The notes: generated by a model from the letters alone, not told the origin. A stretch of DNA of 64,000 nt from Verrucomicrobiaceae bacterium (GCA_027483175.1 JAIXVE010000316.1:1179-65178), one strand, 5' to 3'; numbered from the stretch's first letter, positions 32,631-45,400 are shown. A program made the numbers and translations.

Positions 32631-34541
32631 ATGACCACTCCCGGAACCACCCGCCGCAGCCTCGCGCTCACCGCCCTCCTCGCCTTCATCTGCGCGCCCT
32701 CTGCACCCGCCGACCCCAATCCCCCCACCGCCCACGCCGACGCCCGCAAAGCCTTCCTCAACGGCGTCACCCCCTTCGTGAACGCCTACTGCACCGAGTG
32801 CCACAGCGACCGGAAATCCAAAGGCGGCCTCAATTACCAGTCCGCCCTCAAGGACCCCGGCAGCTCCGCCTCCCGCAAACGCTGGAAACAGGCGCTCGCC
32901 AACGTCAAAGCCCACGACATGCCCCCGAAGGAAGCCGATCGCCAGCCCACCGACGACGAACGGCAGCAATTCCTCGACTGGATCGGCAAACTCAAATTCC
33001 TCAGCGCCAAAGACCCGGGCCTCTTCGTCATCCGCCGGCTCACCAAAACCGAGTACGGCAACACGCTCCACGACCTCTTCGGCGTCGACCCTTCCATCGC
33101 CCGCGATCTCCCTGACGAAGTCTCCGGCGCCGGTTACCTCAATACCCTCTCTCCTCTCCAATCCGAACAATACCTCGCCATCGCCACACAAGTCCTCGAC
33201 AAGGCCATTCCCCCCGGCGGCACACCATCCGCCGAGTGGCTGCAGCCATGGTTCACCACTCCGCCTGCCGATGGCACCGACCCCAAATCCGCGGCCACGC
33301 TGGCCGCTCGCTCGCTCGCCCGGAAAGCCTTTCGTCGTCCGCCTTCCGACGCCGAAATCCAGACCCTCCTCGCCGTCTTCGATCTCGGCCTCGCTAACAA
33401 CCTCAGCTACCAGGATGCGCTCCGCCTCATGCTCAAAGCCATCCTCGTTTCCCCCTCCTTCCTCTTCATCACCCCAGCCAGCGCCGCCCCTCAAGGCCAG
33501 TCCATCATCCCCCTCGACGACCATCAGCTCGCCTCCCGTCTTTCCTATCTGCTCTGGGCCACCATGCCCGACGCCGAACTCTCCGCCCTCGCCGACAGCG
33601 GCCAGCTCCACCAGCCCGAAACCCTAGCCACCCAAACCCGCCGTCTCCTCGCCGACCCGCGCTCCCGCGCCCTCTTCGACGGCTTCGGCACTCAATGGCT
33701 CGGCCTCGGCGACCTCAAATCTAAAACCTTCGACCCCGCCAAATTCCCACAGGTGTCCGCCGATCTGCGCGACGCCATGATCGACGAAGCCCGGCTCTTC
33801 TTCGACAGCATCGTCCGCGAAAACCTCAGCGTCATCCGCTTCATCAACAGCGACTTCACGTTCCTCAACGCACCCCTCGCCGCCCTCTACGGCATGGAAT
33901 CCTCCGTCACCGGCCCGGAAATGCGCCGCGTATCCCTCACCGACCCCAACCGCGGCGGCATCCTCGGCATGCCCGCCGTCCTCGCCGCCACTTCCTTCCC
34001 TAACCGCACCAGCCCCGTCCGCCGCGGGGTCTTCGTCCTCGAACAGGTCCTCGGCGAACACGTCCCGCCCGCCCCGCCTAACGTCCCCGCCCTCGATAAG
34101 CAGGACCCCTCCAAAGTCGCCTCCCTCACCCTCCGCCAGCGCACCGAACTCCACCGGACCAACGCCGTCTGCGCCAACTGCCACAACATCCTCGACCCCA
34201 TCGGCTTCGGCCTCGAAAACTTCGACGCCATCGGCCGCTGGCGCTCTCAGGACGACTCCGGCGGCCCCATCGACGCCACCGGCGACCTCCCCGGCAACCA
34301 CCACTTCTCCTCCCCGCGCGACCTCAAATCCATCATCGCCACCAGAACCAGGGACATCGCCCGCAACCTCACCGAAAAACTCCTCGCCTACGCCCTCTGC
34401 CGCCAACTCGACGGCTACGACGAAATCATCGTCGACCAACTCATGGACTCCATCGCCAAAGACGACTTCCGCATGCAGTCCCTCATCACCGCCATCGTCA
34501 CCAGCTACCCCTTCACCCATCGCCGCATCACCGACGACTGA
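32631..34541 (+). CDS. DUF1592/DUF1588/DUF1585-family protein with CxxCH motif (PSD-type), no DUF1552 partner
   Basis: 636 aa. Signal peptide, [46 protein letters not shown] and [18 protein letters not shown]. Confidence 0.85.
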   Translation: MTTPGTTRRSLALTALLAFICAPSAPADPNPPTAHADARKAFLNGVTPFVNAYCTECHSDRKSKGGLNYQSALKDPGSSASRKRWKQALANVKAHDMPPKEADRQPTDDERQQFLDWIGKLKFLSAKDPGLFVIRRLTKTEYGNTLHDLFGVDPSIARDLPDEVSGAGYLNTLSPLQSEQYLAIATQVLDKAIPPGGTPSAEWLQPWFTTPPADGTDPKSAATLAARSLARKAFRRPPSDAEIQTLLAVFDLGLANNLSYQDALRLMLKAILVSPSFLFITPASAAPQGQSIIPLDDHQLASRLSYLLWATMPDAELSALADSGQLHQPETLATQTRRLLADPRSRALFDGFGTQWLGLGDLKSKTFDPAKFPQVSADLRDAMIDEARLFFDSIVRENLSVIRFINSDFTFLNAPLAALYGMESSVTGPEMRRVSLTDPNRGGILGMPAVLAATSFPNRTSPVRRGVFVLEQVLGEHVPPAPPNVPALDKQDPSKVASLTLRQRTELHRTNAVCANCHNILDPIGFGLENFDAIGRWRSQDDSGGPIDATGDLPGNHHFSSPRDLKSIIATRTRDIARNLTEKLLAYALCRQLDGYDEIIVDQLMDSIAKDDFRMQSLITAIVTSYPFTHRRITDD

Positions 34542-34715
34542 CAGCCCGCTCCGTTCATCCCACCCCGGCTTCAATCCCTGCGCAATTTCTCATTCGCCCG
34601 CCATTCTATGCGTGCAACATACGTGCAATGTAAGCTCCATTCCGCCGCCTTCTGATCCATTTCTGCTCGGTTTCCGACACTTTTCCGAACCCTTCCGCGC
34701 CCCTTCCCGGGCACC

Positions 34716-34748
34716 AAAAAACCCCTGCAAGTCATTGACTTACAGGGG
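34716..34748 (-). terminator. Rho-independent terminator downstream of tRNA-fMet
   Basis: On the minus strand: cccctgtaagtca-a-tgacttgcagggg (13-bp stem, one mismatch) followed by tttttt (the + strand a-run at 34716-34721). Confidence 0.65.
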
Positions 34749-34755
34749 TTTGAAA

Positions 34756-34832
<77 letters not shown>

Positions 34833-34944
34833 TCTCTGTCCTAGTCGCTGGCATGGGGAATGCAACTGGTTTTCCCAAATTGCTCGCGATTCATCCCTTG
34901 GAAGGAAACGGAACAGTGACTTGACCCGCCAGACGCCCCCACAG

Positions 34945-36459
34945 ATGGGTCAATCCATGCACGTTCTCCGGTTCGCTCTCGCCGCGGCTCTGCTCGCCGG
35001 ACCTCCAGCCGCCTCCGCCGCCGCTCCTCCCGCTCGGGTCCGCTTCGCCACCTTCAACGCCTCGCTCAACCGCACCGCGTTCGGCCAGCTCTTCACCGAC
35101 CTCGTCTCGCCCGGCGCAGCCACCACCGGCGTCGCCCAAGCCAAACGCATCGCCGAGATCATCCAGCGCAACGCCCCGGACATCCTCCTCATCAACGAAT
35201 TCGACTGGGACCCGCAGCGCGACTTCCACGGCCGCACCGTCCTCGATCTCTTCCACGACAACTACCTCGCCGTCTCCCAGAACGGCCAACCCGCCATCTC
35301 CTTCCCCTACCGCTACACCGCCACCCCTAACACCGGCTTCTCCCCCTACGACACCAACGAAGACGGCTCGCCCGACTCCTCTCCACCCGCGCCCTCTTCC
35401 CCGGACTTCCTCGACTTCGACAACTCCGGCACCGCCGTCACCACCCCGGGCTCCGAAGCCTACGGCAACGACGCCTTCGGCTTCGGCGAATTCCGCGGCA
35501 AGTACGGCATGGCCGTCTACTCCCGCTTCCCCATCGCCACCGCCTCCATCCGCCAGTTCCGCCGTCTCCTCTGGAACGCCATGCCCGGTGCCCGCCTTCC
35601 TGACAACTCTTCCTCCCCAGCCCCCGCCGACTGGTATTCGCCCGCCGAACTCGCCGTCTTCCGTCTCTCCTCCAAAAGCCACTGGGACGTCCCCATCGAC
35701 CTCGGCGGCGGCCACCTCGTCCACTTCCTCGTCGCCCACCCCACCCCCCCGGTCTTCGACGGCGCAGAAGACCGCAACGGCCGCCGCAACACCGACGAAA
35801 TCCGCTTCTGGGCCGACTACATCGACCCCGCCCGCTCCTCATGGATCACCGACGACACCGGCAACCGCGGCGGCCTCGCCCGCGGCGATCGCTTCGTCAT
35901 CGCCGGCGACTGCAACGCCGATCCCGCCAAAGGAGACAGCTTCCCCGGAGCCGCCCAGCAACTCACCACCCACCCGCTCATCATCAACTCCCCCATCCCC
36001 TCGGCCTCACGTTACTCTAACAACACCACCAACACCGCCGACTTCGCCCAGGACCTCCGCGTCGATTACGTCCTCCCCTCTCGCTCCGGCCTCTCCATCC
36101 TCGATAGCGCCATCTTCTGGCCCCTCAGCCCCCACCCCCAGGCCTCCCTCGTCACCACCGCCAACGCCAGCGACCACAAACTCGTCTGGCTCGACGTCCG
36201 CCCCGACGTCTCCCTCGACGCCGCTGTCCAGAACTTCACCGCCTCATGGACCGGCAGCGCCATCCGCATCACGTTCTCCGGCACCCCCGGCCACCTCTAC
36301 TCTCTCCAGGAATCCTCCAACCCCGCCTCCTCCCCATGGCTCCCCGTCCCCGGAGCCGACCCCGTCCCACTCAATCCGGACTTCTCCGCCTCCATCGACA
36401 TCCCTCCCACCCCTCCAGGCCGCCGCTCCTTCCGCCTCGCCATCTCCTTCGCACCGTAA
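34945..36459 (+). CDS. endonuclease/exonuclease/phosphatase (EEP) family secreted protein
   Basis: Signal peptide, then FATFNASLNR...ILLINEFD...SDHKLVWLDV (EEP catalytic blocks), plus a C-terminal beta-rich extension. The track start at 34921 is TTG; in-frame ATGs lie at 34945 and 34957. Confidence 0.8.
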   Translation: MGQSMHVLRFALAAALLAGPPAASAAAPPARVRFATFNASLNRTAFGQLFTDLVSPGAATTGVAQAKRIAEIIQRNAPDILLINEFDWDPQRDFHGRTVLDLFHDNYLAVSQNGQPAISFPYRYTATPNTGFSPYDTNEDGSPDSSPPAPSSPDFLDFDNSGTAVTTPGSEAYGNDAFGFGEFRGKYGMAVYSRFPIATASIRQFRRLLWNAMPGARLPDNSSSPAPADWYSPAELAVFRLSSKSHWDVPIDLGGGHLVHFLVAHPTPPVFDGAEDRNGRRNTDEIRFWADYIDPARSSWITDDTGNRGGLARGDRFVIAGDCNADPAKGDSFPGAAQQLTTHPLIINSPIPSASRYSNNTTNTADFAQDLRVDYVLPSRSGLSILDSAIFWPLSPHPQASLVTTANASDHKLVWLDVRPDVSLDAAVQNFTASWTGSAIRITFSGTPGHLYSLQESSNPASSPWLPVPGADPVPLNPDFSASIDIPPTPPGRRSFRLAISFAP

Positions 36460-36561
36460 ACAATTCAAACCCGACCAATCCGATCAGGAATCGGGAGAAT
36501 TCGCTTGCGCACCGTCTCGACGGTCGTAGGCATGCCGGAAACGTCTCCAACCCTTTCCGCC

Positions 36562-37479
36562 ATGTCCACCTTCCACCGCTACCAGATCAGTCACCTCCAG
36601 CAGTTGGAATCGGAAGCCATCTACGTCCTCCGCGAAACCGCCGCCCAGTTCCGCAACCCCGCCCTCCTCTTCTCCGGCGGTAAAGACTCCATCGTCATGG
36701 CATGGCTCGCCCGCAAAGCCTTCCACCCGGCCCGCATGCCGTTCGCCCTCCTCCACGTCGACACCGGTCACAACTTCCCCGAAGCCATCACCTACCGCGA
36801 CGACTTCGTCACGCTCATCGGAGCCCGCCTCGTCGTCGCCCTCGTCCAGGACAGCATCAACCAGAGCCGCGTCGCCGAAGAAAAAGGCCCGCGCGCCAGC
36901 CGCAATAAACTCCAGACCGTCACGCTCCTCGACGCCATCGCCGACAACAAATTCGACGCCTGCCTCGGTGGCGGCCGCCGCGACGAAGAAAAAGCCCGCG
37001 CCAAAGAACGCTTCTTCAGCCACCGCAACGACTTCGGACAGTGGGACCCCAAAAACCAGCGCCCCGAACTCTGGAACCTCTTCAACGGCCGCAAACACGA
37101 GGGCGAACACTTCCGCGTCTTCCCGCTCTCTAACTGGACCGAAATGGACATCTGGCAGTACATCCAGCAGGAAAACATCCCTCTCCCTTCACTCTACTTC
37201 TCCCACCAGCGCCGCGTCTTCCGCCGCGACGGTTCATGGCTCGACGCAGAAACCGGCTTCGCCAACCCGCAGCCCGACGAACCCATCGAAACCCGCACCA
37301 TCCGCTTCCGCACCGTCGGCGATGTCACCTGCACCGGAGCCGTCGAATCCACCGCCTCCTCCCTCGACGACATCGTTGCCGAAGTCGCCGCCGCCCGCCA
37401 GACCGAACGCGGCACCCGCGCCGACGACCAACGCAGCGAAAGCGCCATGGAGGACCGCAAAAAGGAAGGCTACTTCTGA
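36562..37479 (+). CDS. cysD: sulfate adenylyltransferase subunit 2
   Basis: LQQLESEAIYVLRETAAQF...LFSGGKDSIVM (PAPS-reductase-like PP-loop) and FRVFPLSNWTEMDIWQYI. The start at MSTFHRY gives about 305 aa. Confidence 0.93.
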   Translation: MSTFHRYQISHLQQLESEAIYVLRETAAQFRNPALLFSGGKDSIVMAWLARKAFHPARMPFALLHVDTGHNFPEAITYRDDFVTLIGARLVVALVQDSINQSRVAEEKGPRASRNKLQTVTLLDAIADNKFDACLGGGRRDEEKARAKERFFSHRNDFGQWDPKNQRPELWNLFNGRKHEGEHFRVFPLSNWTEMDIWQYIQQENIPLPSLYFSHQRRVFRRDGSWLDAETGFANPQPDEPIETRTIRFRTVGDVTCTGAVESTASSLDDIVAEVAAARQTERGTRADDQRSESAMEDRKKEGYF

Positions 37480-37530
37480 CCCGCAGCGTCCTAGCCACCC
37501 CACACCTCTAGCATTCTCCCTCCCAACGCC

Positions 37531-38775
37531 ATGGACCTTCTCCGCTTCACCACCGCCGGCTCCGTCGACGACGGCAAATCCACGCTCATCGGCCGTCTCC
37601 TCTACGATTCCAAATCCATCTTCGAAGACCAGCTCGCCGCCGTCGAACGCTTCTCCCAGAAACGCGGCGACGCCCGCGTCGACCTCGCACTCCTCACCGA
37701 TGGCCTCCGCGCCGAACGCGAACAAGGCATCACCATCGATGTCGCCTACCGCTACTTCGCCACCCCGCGCCGCAAATTCATCATCGCGGACACCCCCGGC
37801 CATATCCAGTACACCCGGAACATGGTCACCGGCGCCAGCACCGCCAACCTCGCCATCATCCTCATCGACGCCCGCAAAGGTGTCATCGAACAAACCTGCC
37901 GCCACGCCTTCCTAGCCAATCTCCTCCGCATCCAGCACGTCGTCCTCGCCGTCAATAAAATGGACCTCGTCGACTACAGCGAGGAAACCTACGAACGCAT
38001 CAAGGCCGACTTCAGCGACTTCGCCAGCCGTCTCGAAAACCTCGTCGAGATGACCTTCATCCCCATCAGCGCTCTCAACGGCGACAACGTCGTCGATAAA
38101 TCCGACGCCATGCCATGGTACAAGGGGCCCACGCTCCTCTATCACCTCGAAACCGTCTACGTCCGCCCAGGCGAAAACCACGTCGAAGCCCGCTTCCCAG
38201 TCCAGACCGTCATCCGTCCCCACAGCGACGAATGGCACGACTTCCGCGGCTACGCCGGCCGCGTCGCCGGCGGTGTCTTCAAACCCGGCGACGCCGTCGT
38301 CGCCCTCCCCTCAGGCTTCCAGTCACGCATCAAATCCGTCCACTCCGCCGACGGCGATCTCCAGGAAGCCTTCGCCCCACTCTCCGTCACCCTCACCCTT
38401 GAGGACGAGATCGACATCTCCCGCGGCGACATGATCGTCAAACCCAACAACCCTCCAGAAACCGGTCAGGACCTCGAAGCCATGATCTGCTGGTTCAGCG
38501 AACGCCCGCTCAGCACCCGCGCCCGCTTCGCCCTCCGCCACACCACCCGCGAGGTCGCCGCCATCGTCAAAGACGTCCGCTACAAGGTCAATATCAATAC
38601 CCTTCACAAAATCGAAGACGACCTCGTCTTCCGCATGAACGACATCGGCCGCATCGCCATCCGCACCTCCGCGCCGCTCATGTTCGACAGCTACGCGAAA
38701 AACCGCATCACCGGCAGCTTCATCCTCATCGACGAAGCCACCAATGAAACGGTCGCCGCGGGCATGATCATCTGA
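37531..38775 (+). CDS. cysN: sulfate adenylyltransferase subunit 1 (GTPase), no fused APS kinase domain
   Basis: 414 aa. GTPase motifs GSVDDGKST, DTPGH and NKMD, plus EF-Tu-like beta-barrel domains. Confidence 0.93.
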   Translation: MDLLRFTTAGSVDDGKSTLIGRLLYDSKSIFEDQLAAVERFSQKRGDARVDLALLTDGLRAEREQGITIDVAYRYFATPRRKFIIADTPGHIQYTRNMVTGASTANLAIILIDARKGVIEQTCRHAFLANLLRIQHVVLAVNKMDLVDYSEETYERIKADFSDFASRLENLVEMTFIPISALNGDNVVDKSDAMPWYKGPTLLYHLETVYVRPGENHVEARFPVQTVIRPHSDEWHDFRGYAGRVAGGVFKPGDAVVALPSGFQSRIKSVHSADGDLQEAFAPLSVTLTLEDEIDISRGDMIVKPNNPPETGQDLEAMICWFSERPLSTRARFALRHTTREVAAIVKDVRYKVNINTLHKIEDDLVFRMNDIGRIAIRTSAPLMFDSYAKNRITGSFILIDEATNETVAAGMII

Positions 38776-38800
38776 CCATCCCCTTCAGTTCTCTGACAAC

Positions 38801-39406
38801 TCAGCGCCGGCGCCGCCGCAGCAGCACCAACGCGCCTGTCAAAGCCACCACCGCAGCCGTCGCCGGCTCCGGCACCGCCCCAACGTTGATCGTCGCACCG
38901 ATCACCGTCTCATACGCATAACGCATCACAAGGCCGCCCGTCACGTCGTCATTCAGCGAGACCTGAATCCATCCATACTGCGCCCCGCCTCCCGTCGGAT
39001 TCATCGAAAAGCCCAGATACACCGGGCTTCCCGCCGTAATCTGCCCTGGCCCCGCCCCGAGGTGACTCGTGCTCGCACTCGGCCCGCTCACATACGTCAG
39101 CAATGGCCCCACCGGACTGTCAAACGGCAGCGCCACCACCTGATCCGCCCCCGTCACCGCCGGAAACAATCCGTCGCCATTCACCACATCCACCCCGGCA
39201 AAATCCATGCTGATCCACGGAGCCGCAGGATTGCCGTAGAAATCAGCCGGCTGGCTGTTCACTACCGCACCGCTCACCACATTCAGATACACCCCGGCAA
39301 AATTGTACGGGATCGGTATGTTCGCATCACCACTGTAAACAATGGCCGCGGACACAGGGCTGGCCGCAAGGGCCGCAAGGCAGATCAGAGAACGAAGGCT
39401 TTTCAT
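38801..39406 (-). CDS. PEP-CTERM sorting-domain secreted protein
   Basis: Signal peptide MKSLRSLICLAALAASPVSA and a C-terminal VPEPATAAVVALTGALVLLRRRRR (PEP motif, TM, basic tail). An alternative upstream ATG at 39457 would overlap (ATGA) the stop of the giant gene. Confidence 0.8.
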   Translation of the reverse strand: MKSLRSLICLAALAASPVSAAIVYSGDANIPIPYNFAGVYLNVVSGAVVNSQPADFYGNPAAPWISMDFAGVDVVNGDGLFPAVTGADQVVALPFDSPVGPLLTYVSGPSASTSHLGAGPGQITAGSPVYLGFSMNPTGGGAQYGWIQVSLNDDVTGGLVMRYAYETVIGATINVGAVPEPATAAVVALTGALVLLRRRRR

Positions 39407-39453
39407 GGCTGTTACCGGATTCGGTGTAAGGGTTCGGAATTCGCTCGTCACTC

Positions 39454-42400
39454 TCATGGCATCGTCACCATCAGGCGGGCAAACTGGGCCTTTCGCCCGT
39501 TGATGAACCGGATGTACGGCACACTCACCACCTGGTGCGTCCCGTCATCCGCTAGAATCTCCGGCACCGCCGTCGAGGACCTCCACGTCACCAGATCCGC
39601 ACTGAACTGCGGGGTGTAAATCAGCCCGGCCGCCTCATGATCCTTCCGACGGATGAACACAAACCGGAAATCAACACTATTAGGCACCCGCTCGACTCCC
39701 GTGATCGGCTGCCCGGTCGATCCAATGCTCCCATTGCCCGCAAAGGTCCCGAGATAGGACAGAACCCCAGTACCGCTCCCCGAACTCGAAGGATTCGTCC
39801 CGAACGCGAACTCAAACAAATTGCTCACGCTGTCGCCGTCGGAATCACCCAGGTTGCTCTGCTCACCGCTCCCGTCCGGATTCCCGAAGTACGTCTGCCT
39901 CCACAGCTCCACTGGGCTGAACCGCACCGTGTCCACCGCACGCACCGGCAACTGCTGAATCCGCTGGTCCTCCGCCATCGGCGTGTCCGCCGCATTGTAC
40001 GCCAGCGTCCGCGTCCCGTGCCGCATCGTCAGGTAATCGCCAAACGCCTTCTGCTCACCCAGCGAACTCGCAGGAACCACCCCGGCCGCCGTGAAATCCA
40101 GATTCCGCGCCACCTCCGCACCCAAAACGCCGCCCGTCAGCAGGAAGCGGAAATTCCCCGTCTCCGGATTCACAATCTGATTCGCAGGCGTCGCCGCAGG
40201 ATCCAGATATTTGATAGGGTACCCATCCCCGCCGTTCGCCGTGAAGTTCAGCGCCACCATCGGAATGCTCGCAGGCGCTCCTGGCAGAATCACCCCGTCC
40301 CTCACAATCTCCGACACAATCGCACCAATGTCATTCACCAGCACCACCGACCGCACCTTCGGCGTCAGCGATCGGTTGATCGAGAACCGGATGTTCCCCA
40401 CCTGCGGGAACCCGCCATTCCCCGACGCTAGGCCCGCCGCATACTCAAGGATCCCCACCAACCCCTTCGGCGTCGCGTCAAACACCATCAGCCGGTTGTC
40501 AAACCGCAGCGCATTCTCAATGTCCAGCAGCGAGACCGCTCCCTCAGGCTTGCCCGTCAGCGGATTCGCCAGCGGCGGAATCTTCGTCCCGTCCGCAGCC
40601 ACCGCACCCAGCGAAGCCCGCAACCCGCCGCCGTTCTTCAGCGAAACCACCGCCGCTGCCGTCGGCAGTCCCAGCGCCACTCGCGCCGCCGCCGCATTCG
40701 CATCCGCCGTGATATTCCCCAGATTCACTTCCTGCGCCCGCCCAAACACCCGGTCACCCTCAAGATACACCTTCGTGAACCCGAAGACCGTGCTGTCCTT
40801 GCTCACCACCACCGCATTCAGCGCATCCACAATCGCCTTCACACGCGTCGCCACCGGACTCGCCGCCACAATCTGCGCTGCCGTCTGCCCATTCCCCACC
40901 ACCGATTCAAGAACCGCCGGAGCCGCCGCATACGCCCCGTTCACCACCGGATTCAGCGATCCCGTCAGCAACTCGCCATTCGCATCAAAATCCACCACCA
41001 GTCGCCCAAGGTACGAATACTCCGTGTCCGTCGTCACAATCAGCGTCGGCTTCCCGTCAAGACCCTGCGTCACAATCGGATAGCTGTCGGCAATGAAATC
41101 AGCATCGTGCCCGTTGAACCCGACCGCCACATCGGTCGCATCCCCCATCCGCTCGTGCCCGCCGCCAGCCACCATCACGTCCACACCCGTCAGCAGTGGA
41201 GCCAGATCCTTGTTCCGCTGCAGCGTATCCAGCTGGTCAATCATCACGATCTTGTTCACCCCGATCGCCCGCAGCGCATCCACCGCAGTCTGCACATACG
41301 CCGCCACTTCCTGCAGGTCGCTCGTCGCCACATTGGCGTCATCCATCGGACGAGTCCCGTTAGGCGATGACTTCACCAGCAGTTCCCACGTCGTCGCTCC
41401 CACAAACCCGATCTTCTGACCAGCCACCGTCTTCACCGCAAACGGAGCAATCCGCCCCCGCTGACTCGTCACCTCGTCACCGCGGAAGTTGTTCGCCGCC
41501 GGCCCACCCAGCGTCACATCCGCCAGACTCCGCAGTGAACTGTCCGCCGCAAAATCAAGGTTCGCCGTGATCAGCGGAAACTGCGCGCCAACCCACGCCG
41601 AAGCACCCGATCCACTCGCTGCAATCGCTCCCTGCAACACTGGCGACCCAAGATCAAATTCATGGTTCCCCAGCGCCGACGCCGTCGTCCCGAACGCGTT
41701 CATGATCGCAATGTCCGGCCGCGCCAGCGCCGTCGTCCCGATCCCTGGCACCGCATTCAATGAAGGATCAGCTCCCGCCGTCAGCCATGGCCCGGGAATG
41801 AAGCTGTCTCCCTCGCCCAGCACCACCGTCGGATACTCGTTGTCAAACCGGTCAATCATCGCCCCCATAATCGGCGCCGTCTGAATCCCCAGCAGCCCGG
41901 ACTCGCCGTAGTAGTGCAGAATCTGCAGCTGCATCGCCGGTGCCGTCGGCATCAGGCTGAACACCGACAGCGTGAACGACACTTCGCTCGCCACTAGCAG
42001 CAGCGGCTGTCCATTCGGGCTGTCCGCCGCAGGCACCACCAGCATCCCCTCAGGATTCAAATCCCCGCGCCGCGACACCGCCGTTACAAAACTCACCGCC
42101 GCAGGATCCGTCACATCAAACACAAACACCGCATGCGCCCGCTCCAGCCCGATGAACGCATAACTCCGCCCGCCCAGCGTCGCCACCGACACGCCTTCCG
42201 GCTCAATCGACTTGTTATCGCTCCGGCTGTCATCCCACAGCGATGGGTAATACTGCGCCACAATCCGGTCGAGCACGTCACCACTGTCAAACACCCGGCG
42301 TCCCTCCGAATCCAGAATCGAGAACGACCGCCCACCATACGACAGGATCCGGTCGATGTCCCCGTCCCCGTCCAGATCTCCCCTCAATCCCGGCACGTTC

Positions 42401-45400
42401 GAAACCGTCAACCGACCCAGTTGATCGTTCCCCTTCAATCCAGTCCCCGCACCCGCCGACCCCGAACCACCAATCGTCCCCTCGGTCGGAAACACCGTGT
42501 TATCCAGATCATAAACCGCCGTCGTCACCGGCACCCCGCCCACATTCACCGTCGTCGTCGCATTCACCGTCGTCGTCTCCGCAGGCACCATGAAATCATT
42601 CCGGTCATCCCCTTCGTTCGCCGTCACATAATACGTCGCCCCACCCGTCTGATAGGCCGCAATCGCATCCGGCATGAACATCCCGAACGCCGGCAGGCCA
42701 GACTTCAATTCGATCGCCTGACCGTTCCCGCTCCCGTCACGATCCGAGAAATCTCCAGTCACCCGCGCATAATTCTTCAACCCCAGTGGCTTCACCGCCG
42801 TGATCGTCGCCGTCGCAATGTCCAGCGTCGCAATCGCATTCGCTTCCTGCAGGGTCACCATCGCCCGCAGCCCATCCGGCGAGATCGCGATGTATTCAGG
42901 CTCCAGATCCCTCGAAGCCGCACGCCCCGGGAACACCCGCACGCCCGCCGCACGAAGCGCACTTTCCTGCCCGTCAAACGCCCCAAACCCTGCCGTCACC
43001 ACCGGCGGCGACGCAAACCCGCCACTCACATCAATGATGCTCACCGATCCAGCCGGATCAGCATCCGCCGGAGCCGGAGCAGGTGCCACCACCGGCCCAG
43101 CCATCTCCCCTTCGTTCGCCACCAGAACCTTCGTCCCGTCCGGCGTGAAAATCAGTTGGTCAGGCACCGCGCCCACCGTCACCGATCCCAGCAACGCTCC
43201 CGTCGCCGGTGCAAAGAACGCCACCGTGCCGGGCAATGTCTTGTCAGGACTCGCAATCAGCGTCGCCGCCAGCACGCCATTCTTCACCACCACATGCGAC
43301 ACATCCTTCGTCGTCAGTCCCAGCGCCGTTGGATCAATCGGAGCCAACCGCACCGGCGCACCCGGATTCGTCAGGTCGATCACCTGAATCCCCGCATTCG
43401 ATGCACTGAACGCCCGCTTCGACGCAGGATCAAAGGCCGGAATCTCCGCCCCGCCCACTCCCGTCGCCGTCCCGTTGTCACTCACGACCACCGATCCCGC
43501 TAGCACCGCCGTCAGCGCATTGCTAGGTGCTGCCGCCACCGCCGGAGCCGCCGTCACCGTCACCGTGAAACTCACCTGTTCCGTACCAACCGTGTACGTC
43601 AGCACATTCGCCCCCTCCGCCGCCAGCGCAGGATCAAACACCCCGCCCTCAACCCCAGCACCCGCAAACACCCCGCCAACCGGACTCGCGCCAGTCACCG
43701 TCGCCAGCGCCAGCGGTGAACCGTCAGCCCGCACACTCAATCCCGCCGTCGCCGCGGCATTCAATCTCACGTTCACCGTCAGTTCATGCACCGTCAGGGT
43801 CTGCGACACCTCGCTCGCCACCAGCAGCAGCGCCTTCCCAGTCGGACTGTCCCCGGGAGCCACAAACGCCATCCCTTCAGGATTCAGATCCCCAGTCCGC
43901 CGCAACCCGCCCGTGAAACTCACCGCCGCAGGATTCGTCACGTCAAACACCAGCACCATGTGCGACCGCTCCAACCCAAGAAACGCATACGTCTGCGCCC
44001 CAATCGTCGCCACCGTCACACCCTCAGGCTCCGGCCCCTTGTTATCGCTCCGCCCATCATCGAAATTCGCCAGAAACTGCGAAGCCATGATGTTCTCCAG
44101 CATGTCGCCACTGTCGAAAACGATATCGCCAGCCGCATTCAGAATCGACAACGACCGCCCGCCGTAACTCAGGATCTCATCAATGTCCCCATCGCCATCC
44201 GTATCCCCGCGGATCCCCGGCACATTCGAAACCGTCAATCTCCCAAGACTCGCTAGGTTCTTCAACGCCGCCTCGTTCGGAAACACCGTGTCGTCCAGGT
44301 CATACGCCACATTACCCACCGTCGTCGTCTCCGCAGGCACAATGAAATCATTCCGGTCATCCCCTTCATTCGCCGTCACATAATAAGTCGCGCCACCCGA
44401 CCGGTACGCCGCCACCGCATCCGGCATGTACAAACCATACACCGGTTGCCCCGACCGTGGATTCACCAGCGCTACCCCACCCGCTCCGTCCCGGTCACTG
44501 AAATCATACTCGCCCGTCGCGAAGTTCTTCTTCCCTAGCGCCTTGATGCTCGTGAACGTCGCCGTGTCAAGATCAAGCACCGCCACCGCATTCGCCTCCT
44601 GCAGGGTCACCATCGCCGTCTTGCTGTCCGCACTCACCGCAAAATACTCAGGCTCAAGGTCCCGCGACGGCACACCCCCGGGGAACAACCGAACCCCGCT
44701 AGCCACCAGCGTCGCCGCCTGCGCATCAAAGGCCGTGAAATCCGCCGTCGTCACCAAAGGACTCGCAAACCCGCCCGCCACATCCACAATGCTCACCCCG
44801 CCCTTCGTCAGGTCATCCACCACATTCCCAGCCGTCTCGCCTTCGTTCGCCACCAGCAGCTTCGTCCCATCCGGCGTGAACGCAATGTGGTCAGGATTCG
44901 GCCCCGTCACCGCTGTGCCCAGCAGCGCACCCGTCGCCGCATCCAGAAACACCACGTACCCCGCATCCGTCTTCGGCACCGAGATCACCCCAGCCGCCAG
45001 CACCGCAGGCCCGCCCCCTGTCGCCTTCCTCACCGTCACCGACGACACATCGTTGCTCGTCAACCCCGGCACCCCGAGACTCGCCGGAGCAATCACCGAC
45101 ACAAACGCAGGTGCCGCAGGATTCGATAGGTCGATCACCTGAATCCCCGTGTTCGATGACGTGAACGCCCGCTTCGACGCCGGATCAAACGCCGGAATCT
45201 CCGCCCCTCCCGTCAGCGGAGCCACATCAAGATCGATGAATCCCTTCACCGTCCCACTCAGCACTCCCGTCGCTGGAAACCTCGACGGCACAAAATCATC
45301 ATTCACAATCGTCCCAGTCCCCACCGCAGTCCCCAGCACCGTCGCCCCCGTCGTATTCACAATCCCGGAAAGCGTCAGGATCACCGTCTCAGCCGCCTCA

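Noticed and set aside
36460-36561. Possible riboswitch or leader upstream of cysD.
   Set aside because: Only a 5-bp hairpin (ccgat-cagga-atcgg) is present, and no recognisable conserved riboswitch core was seen.
38773-38800. A recurrent CTGACAA motif after several stop codons (20514, 22730, 38790, 51006) as a possible shared 3' signal.
   Set aside because: Much of the match is the TGA stop itself plus two bases, and it is too short to distinguish from chance. Only the longer 34-nt pair at 20491/22705 is reported.
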